Shown: positions 59,769 to 64,000 of the stretch, piece after piece
Position numbering within the stretch: the first letter of the stretch is position 1
How the letters are laid out: the number at the start of each line of letters is the position of its first letter
NCBI GenBank assembly: GCA_947601495.1
Contig: CANQGE010000006.1
Coordinates: 8,190-72,189, forward strand
DNA: 64,000 nt
Reading direction: 5' to 3'
Origin: an uncultured Clostridia bacterium
GTDB lineage: Bacteria > Bacillota > Clostridia > TANB77 > CAG-508
Position numbers and translations under genes: made by a program
The notes under the pieces: model-generated
The model's input: the letters and a program-made list of their open reading frames with translations, nothing else
Told to the model about the DNA's origin: nothing
The model's database searches: none

Positions 59769-60551
59769 ATGGCCAAGACTACTTTGAAACTCGTAGAACT
59801 GATGCGAACAGGCTCAATCAGGATCTACGACGGTATGGAAATCGTTGTCCCACAGCTCAACCGGACCGACGAGATTCACCTAGGTGGCTCGGACAAGCCT
59901 ACCGGGGCCTACAGCATTCGCAATGGATCAGTCGCGTTTTGCTGGGATGGTGACCTGTACGTTTGCCCTGACACCGCCTCGAACGTAACCGTACTGCGTG
60001 AAGCAGGATTCGAACGACGCTACTTCGACGTGCCACTTTCTAACGGAGAGTATCCGGCTAGGGAGGCAAAAAAATGGCAAGAACTGCTCAACAAGGCTGG
60101 AGAGGAGGATTCTCGAGAATATGAGATGATGTGCAGAAGGTTCTGCAACCAGAGAGGCATAATGCCCATTCCCAGAGAAGAGCTTTCGCTGTGCCTCGAG
60201 GTGCCGAAAACCGGAATACTCGTGAAGCACCCGTACTACAGCGATGTCGTTTACCCCATGTTGCTGGGAAAGCACTTCGGTAAGAGGGAACAGGACCTGT
60301 TGGGACGCTACAGCGTCATTGGTGACTTTTTGGCCTACGTGCACGTAGACGGAAAAACCTACGTAACACGTCGAGGCTTTGAGGCAGAGCTCAAACATTT
60401 CGGATATAGGAGGGATCATTTCTGCGTTCCGTTCTCGAATGGTGAGAAGATTGTCGACCCTGTCTTAGCCGAAAGGTGGGAGGAATTGCTCAAGCGAGAA
60501 CTCGAGTGGGAGCTGATGTGCTCGAACGCGAGCAAGAACGACAGAGGCTGA
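59769..60551 (+). CDS. hypothetical protein, 260 aa, two homologous half-domains, compositionally foreign
   Basis: AAGGAGG RBS before ATG 59769; internal duplication (see findings); no family recognised. Confidence 0.7.
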   Translation: MAKTTLKLVELMRTGSIRIYDGMEIVVPQLNRTDEIHLGGSDKPTGAYSIRNGSVAFCWDGDLYVCPDTASNVTVLREAGFERRYFDVPLSNGEYPAREAKKWQELLNKAGEEDSREYEMMCRRFCNQRGIMPIPREELSLCLEVPKTGILVKHPYYSDVVYPMLLGKHFGKREQDLLGRYSVIGDFLAYVHVDGKTYVTRRGFEAELKHFGYRRDHFCVPFSNGEKIVDPVLAERWEELLKRELEWELMCSNASKNDRG

Positions 60552-60581
60552 CGCCAATGGTCTTGATGTGCATTGCATGTC

Positions 60582-60622
60582 AAAAAAGACGGAGAATGGG
60601 AAACCAATCTCCGTCTTTTCTT
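60582..60622. terminator. bidirectional terminator between the GC-rich ORF and tRNA(CAU)
   Basis: AGACGGAGA / TCTCCGTCT stem with an A-run before and a T-run after. Confidence 0.75.
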
Positions 60623-60699
60623 TGGTGCGCCCTCAAGGATTCGAACCTTGGACCAACCGGTTATGAGCCGGTTGCTCTGACCAACTGAGCTAAGGGCGC
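60623..60699 (-). tRNA. tRNA with CAU anticodon (elongator Met or lysidine-modified Ile2)
   Basis: Reverse complement GCGCCCTTAGCTCAGTTGGTCAGAGCAACCGGCTCATAACCGGTTGGTCCAAGGTTCGAATCCTTGAGGGCGCACCA; lacks the initiator features (no 1:72 mismatch, no GGG/CCC anticodon stem). Confidence 0.9.
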
Positions 60700-60724
60700 A
60701 TCTTTTATTTCTAAGACAAGACTT

Positions 60725-60753
60725 ATTATAAACGATTGAGATTAATATGTCAA
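60725..60753 (-). promoter_or_regulatory. promoter of tRNA(CAU)
   Basis: Minus strand TTGACA (60748-60753), 17-bp spacer, TATAAT (60725-60730). Confidence 0.65.
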
Positions 60754-60911
60754 GAGAATTTAAAAAAAATCTTGTTTTATTTGACACAATAGTTTTTTTA
60801 AATATAAACTTAAAATAGCAATAATAGCAAAGTTTAATATTGACAAAAATAAATTAAGGTTATAAAGTTGTTTTACAAAATAATAAAGTATTTAAGAAAT
60901 GGAGAATTTTT

Positions 60912-61826
60912 ATGATATTAATAAATGTAACAGTAGCTCTGTTTATAATAGGAGTTGTTCTTTTAGGAATAAGTTTAGTAAATAAAAATAAAAAGTTAAA
61001 AATAGCAGGAATATCAATTTTAATTCTGTTAGTTACAGGATTTATAGCATTTGTTTTTTATGCACTTTATGAAGAAGATCAAGAAATGATTAATCAATTT
61101 GGAACAGGGTATGAAAATAGTTCAGATTATATGAACTCTCTTGATAACACTAATAATATTGATAATCCAAATACTCAGAACAATGAGAATGTTCTTGATA
61201 GTACAAATACTTTTGACAATGTTAATTCTTTTAATGATGCGAATACTACAAATAATGAATTACCAGTTGAATATTCAGGAATAGTTCAAAATATTGGGAA
61301 TTCTTCAATTGAATGTGGACCACTTAAATCATTTTTAACAAATTTAATTTCATTAAATGAAGAAACAAAAATTTTAAATTATTTAACTAATAAAGAAATG
61401 AAATTAGAAGATATAAAGCAAGGAGACTGCATTAAAATAATAGGAACCAAACTAGAACCAAATAATGATTTAGAAAAGATTTATGCTAAAGAAATATATG
61501 TTTATACAAAAAATGAAATAAAAAATGAGGCTGGAAAATATATAGTAGATACTTATAGAATAGATGATTCAAGCATTAGCTATTTTAATGTGGATTCATC
61601 TGGAGAAGGATATATAATTTGTGAAATAAATGTAGAGAATTTTTCTTATCCAATAAAACTAAATGTTAACAAATCTACAGAAACATTTTTAGGATACTCA
61701 ATGCATTTACAATCTAACTATGGCTACATTCCACATGAAATGTGCTGGATTACAATGGACACAAAAGTAGAAGATATAGATAATATAAAAGGATATGTAA
61801 AAATGATTGAATATATAGCAGATTAA
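60912..61826 (+). CDS. hypothetical membrane-anchored protein, 304 aa
   Basis: GGAG RBS; two N-terminal TM helices; Asn-rich linker; no family recognised. Confidence 0.55.
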   Translation: MILINVTVALFIIGVVLLGISLVNKNKKLKIAGISILILLVTGFIAFVFYALYEEDQEMINQFGTGYENSSDYMNSLDNTNNIDNPNTQNNENVLDSTNTFDNVNSFNDANTTNNELPVEYSGIVQNIGNSSIECGPLKSFLTNLISLNEETKILNYLTNKEMKLEDIKQGDCIKIIGTKLEPNNDLEKIYAKEIYVYTKNEIKNEAGKYIVDTYRIDDSSISYFNVDSSGEGYIICEINVENFSYPIKLNVNKSTETFLGYSMHLQSNYGYIPHEMCWITMDTKVEDIDNIKGYVKMIEYIAD

Positions 61827-61981
61827 GCTTGAAATACTATAAAATATATACTAATGTAAAAGTAATAATTATCGAAAAACGATAAAAAAATATTGACAAA
61901 CGAAAAATAAAGTGATATATTTTTCCCATAAAGTTTATAATTATAATTTTATAAAAAACATAGAAGAAAAGAGGAGTAGAA

Positions 61982-62446
61982 TTGGAAATTTTTGGTAAAA
62001 AAGGAATTGGAAACTTTTTAAAAATTCTTTTAGAAATAGTTTTAGTTTTAGGAATTTTAATTTTATTAAGTTTTCCAATTATAATAAATAAAACAAATAT
62101 TCAAATAAATCCAAATATTATAATGTTCTATCCTAATGCAATTTGCTTACTAATTATAATATATCAATTTATTGGGCTATTTGATAGTTTGAAAAAAGAA
62201 AATCCGTTTTGCGAAAACACAGTAAAAAGATTAAGCAGATCTGGAAAAATATGTGGCATAGCATCTATTTTTTGGATATTAGATTTTTTATATGAATTAT
62301 TAATTGTAAAAGCAAATATACCATTCATATTGGCCTTAGCATTTTTAGTTATTCTATTTATTGGCGTTACAATAGCTTTATTCATTTTATCAGAACTATT
62401 TAGCAAAGCACTAGAATATAAAAATGAAAATGACTTAACAATTTAA
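61982..62446 (+). CDS. DUF2975-like membrane protein
   Basis: TTG start behind GAGGAG; four TM helices; sits directly upstream of a YozG-type HTH gene, the usual partner. Confidence 0.55.
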   Translation: MEIFGKKGIGNFLKILLEIVLVLGILILLSFPIIINKTNIQINPNIIMFYPNAICLLIIIYQFIGLFDSLKKENPFCENTVKRLSRSGKICGIASIFWILDFLYELLIVKANIPFILALAFLVILFIGVTIALFILSELFSKALEYKNENDLTI

Positions 62447-62478
62447 AAAATGAGAAGAATTTTAAGGGGGCAAAGTTA

Positions 62479-62685
62479 ATGATAGTTGTAAATTTAGATG
62501 TTATGATGGCAAAACGAAAAATATCTTCTCTTGAATTAGCCGAAAAAATAGGAATAACTCAAGCAAATTTATCTATATTAAAAACAAATAAAGGAAAAGC
62601 AATTAGATTTTCAACCCTAGATCAAATTTGCAAAGTGCTAAATTGTATGCCAGGAGATATTTTAGAATATAGAGAGGGAGAATAA
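62479..62685 (+). CDS. YozG-like XRE-family HTH transcriptional regulator
   Basis: MIVVNLDVMMAKRKISSLELAEKIGITQANLSILKTNKGKAIRFSTLDQICKVLNCMPGDILEY closely parallels B. subtilis YozG. Confidence 0.85.
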   Translation: MIVVNLDVMMAKRKISSLELAEKIGITQANLSILKTNKGKAIRFSTLDQICKVLNCMPGDILEYREGE

Positions 62686-62689
62686 AATA

Positions 62690-64000
62690 ATGAGTAGTAT
62701 ATTTGTTAGTGCACTACTCTTTGCTATATGGAGCGTAGTATTGTTCGTTGGCAAGAGCATAGGACTTTCAATGCTTCTATTTGTAGTGCCTTTATCATAT
62801 GTTTTAATAAAATTATTAGAAAAAAATAAGAAAGTAAATTTTGAAAAAGCAAAATTATTAATTATACCAATTACATTACTTTCAAGTACATATTTTATAT
62901 ATAATAACGAATTTTTTAATGGACTAAATATTTTTATCATACCATTACTTGTATTATTAATGATAATAAATTTATTAGAAAAAGATTTGAAAATTGAAAA
63001 TTTTATAGAAAGAATAACAGAACTCATTTTTAATCCAATAGCTTACTTTGAACTAACAATGGGAAAACTTGCAGAGCTTATAAGAATAAAATTAAAAATG
63101 AAGAATACATCTAAAAAGCATGGATTTTTTAAAGGAATTTTATTAACAATACCAATAGTATTAGTAATAATAATTCTATTATCATCAGCAGATGAAATAT
63201 TTGGAAAAATTTTTATAAATATATTTGCTAAATGTATAGACAAACTAATAACATTTAAATTTGGAGAAATATTTTTAAGAGTTTTAATTGCAATATTAGT
63301 GTTTTTATATTTAAGTTGTTTTTTAGATAACTTAGTAAATAGATATGAGGCAGATGAGAAAAAAGAACAAGTTTCAAAAGAAACAAAAAGCGAAACCACA
63401 ACAATAAAAATGATTTTAACTACATTAAATATTGTTTATATTTTATTTTGCATAATACAAATTAAATCTTTGTTTATGAAAGTAAATATTGAAAATTATG
63501 CACAATATGCAAGAAAAGGCTTTTTTCAATTAATGATTGTGTCTGTTATTAATTTAATAGTTATATTAATTGCTAAAATTAATAAAAAAGACAAATTTAT
63601 AAATGCTATGTGTTTATTTATGATAGCCTGCACCTTTATAATACTTCTTTCATCTGCATATAGAATGAGAGTATATGAAAGCACATTTGGATATACGCTT
63701 TTAAGATTATTAGTTTATGTTGCTTTATTTACAGAAAGTATTTTATTAATTCCAACTATTATATATGTTTTAGATAAACCAATTAAGCTTTTAAAAGTAT
63801 ATTTTATAATAACTCTTTTTGTTTATGTTTGTATTAATTTTGCAAATATAGATAATATAATTGCAAGAAAAAATGTTGACAGATATTTTGCAACGGGAAA
63901 AATAGATTTTTATTATTTGAAAGATAATACTGGAACAGATGCAATAGGTCAAATAATTAGAATAAGAGATTCAGAAGCTGAAACAGAAGAGGAAAAAGAA
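62690..64000 (+). CDS. polytopic membrane protein (DUF4153/DUF4173-like), 3' end beyond window; not in the supplied ORF track
   Basis: ATG 62690 behind GAGGGAG; frame read by eye and open to the window end (MSSIFVSALLFAIWSVVLFVGKSIGLSMLLF...QYARKGFFQLMIVSVINL...); many hydrophobic segments. Confidence 0.7.
   Translation, partial: MSSIFVSALLFAIWSVVLFVGKSIGLSMLLFVVPLSYVLIKLLEKNKKVNFEKAKLLIIPITLLSSTYFIYNNEFFNGLNIFIIPLLVLLMIINLLEKDLKIENFIERITELIFNPIAYFELTMGKLAELIRIKLKMKNTSKKHGFFKGILLTIPIVLVIIILLSSADEIFGKIFINIFAKCIDKLITFKFGEIFLRVLIAILVFLYLSCFLDNLVNRYEADEKKEQVSKETKSETTTIKMILTTLNIVYILFCIIQIKSLFMKVNIENYAQYARKGFFQLMIVSVINLIVILIAKINKKDKFINAMCLFMIACTFIILLSSAYRMRVYESTFGYTLLRLLVYVALFTESILLIPTIIYVLDKPIKLLKVYFIITLFVYVCINFANIDNIIARKNVDRYFATGKIDFYYLKDNTGTDAIGQIIRIRDSEAETEEEKE

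Noticed and set aside
58748-60419. Overlapping ORFs 58748-59041(-), 58953-59216(+), 59472-59684(+), 59732-59953(+), 59928-60419(-)
   Set aside because: All are alternative-frame or antisense shadows of the two well-supported GC-rich CDSs.
58030-60700. Integrase/att evidence for a tRNA-targeted island at tRNA(CAU), and likewise at tRNA-Leu (31342-31429)
   Set aside because: I looked for a second copy of the tRNA 3' segment at the distal edges (about 58030-58100 and 32500-32640) and for recombinase-like ORFs. None was found by eye, so integration is only inferred from position.
60416-60787. ORFs 60416-60787(-) and 60476-60688(+) spanning the tRNA(CAU) gene
   Set aside because: They read through a tRNA gene and a terminator hairpin; there are no translation signals.

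Overview
Low-GC Firmicute (Clostridia-like) chromosomal segment; spot counts give about 23% G+C per 60-nt line. It is mostly + strand housekeeping genes: valS (3' part), comFC, nfo, pyrBI, spoVT, a short alaS, a sortase, two ECF sigma/anti-sigma pairs, a blaI/blaR1-like pair, tRNA-His/tRNA-Gln, cell-wall enzymes, glyQS behind a Gly T-box, tRNA-Leu, rpsB-tsf, carAB, tetR-fadD, cadC-cadA, trpS, obg, lexA, mutS2 and a tRNA(CAU). No CRISPR array, rRNA, transposase or integrase was seen. Two things are not explained by ordinary annotation. (1) Five gene-sized patches of about 50-60% G+C (about 1.5-2.1 kb, 31.55-32.56 kb, 34.57-35.3 kb, 58.03-58.44 kb, 58.7-60.6 kb). Each is a self-contained promoter/RBS/ORF/terminator unit encoding orphan proteins: small membrane proteins, a secreted protein, a SleB-like wall hydrolase and an internally duplicated protein. 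Two abut tRNA genes and none has a mobility gene. (2) A three-copy intergenic repeat (6.0, 47.9 and 50.8 kb) with a conserved GC-rich asymmetric core nested inside long copy-specific palindromic arms. Two copies bracket the cadC-cadA metal-efflux operon and one has a 101-bp tandem duplication of its left arm. Secondary observations: a DnaA-box cluster away from any dnaA gene, a stand-alone KAP-type P-loop NTPase, a Spo0A-C-domain protein with a degenerate receiver, an orphan AgrC-like kinase, two transglutaminase-like/small-ORF pairs, a short AlaRS lacking the C-Ala domain, and a + strand ORF at the window end that is missing from the ORF track. All functional calls rest on motif recognition by eye; no database search was possible.
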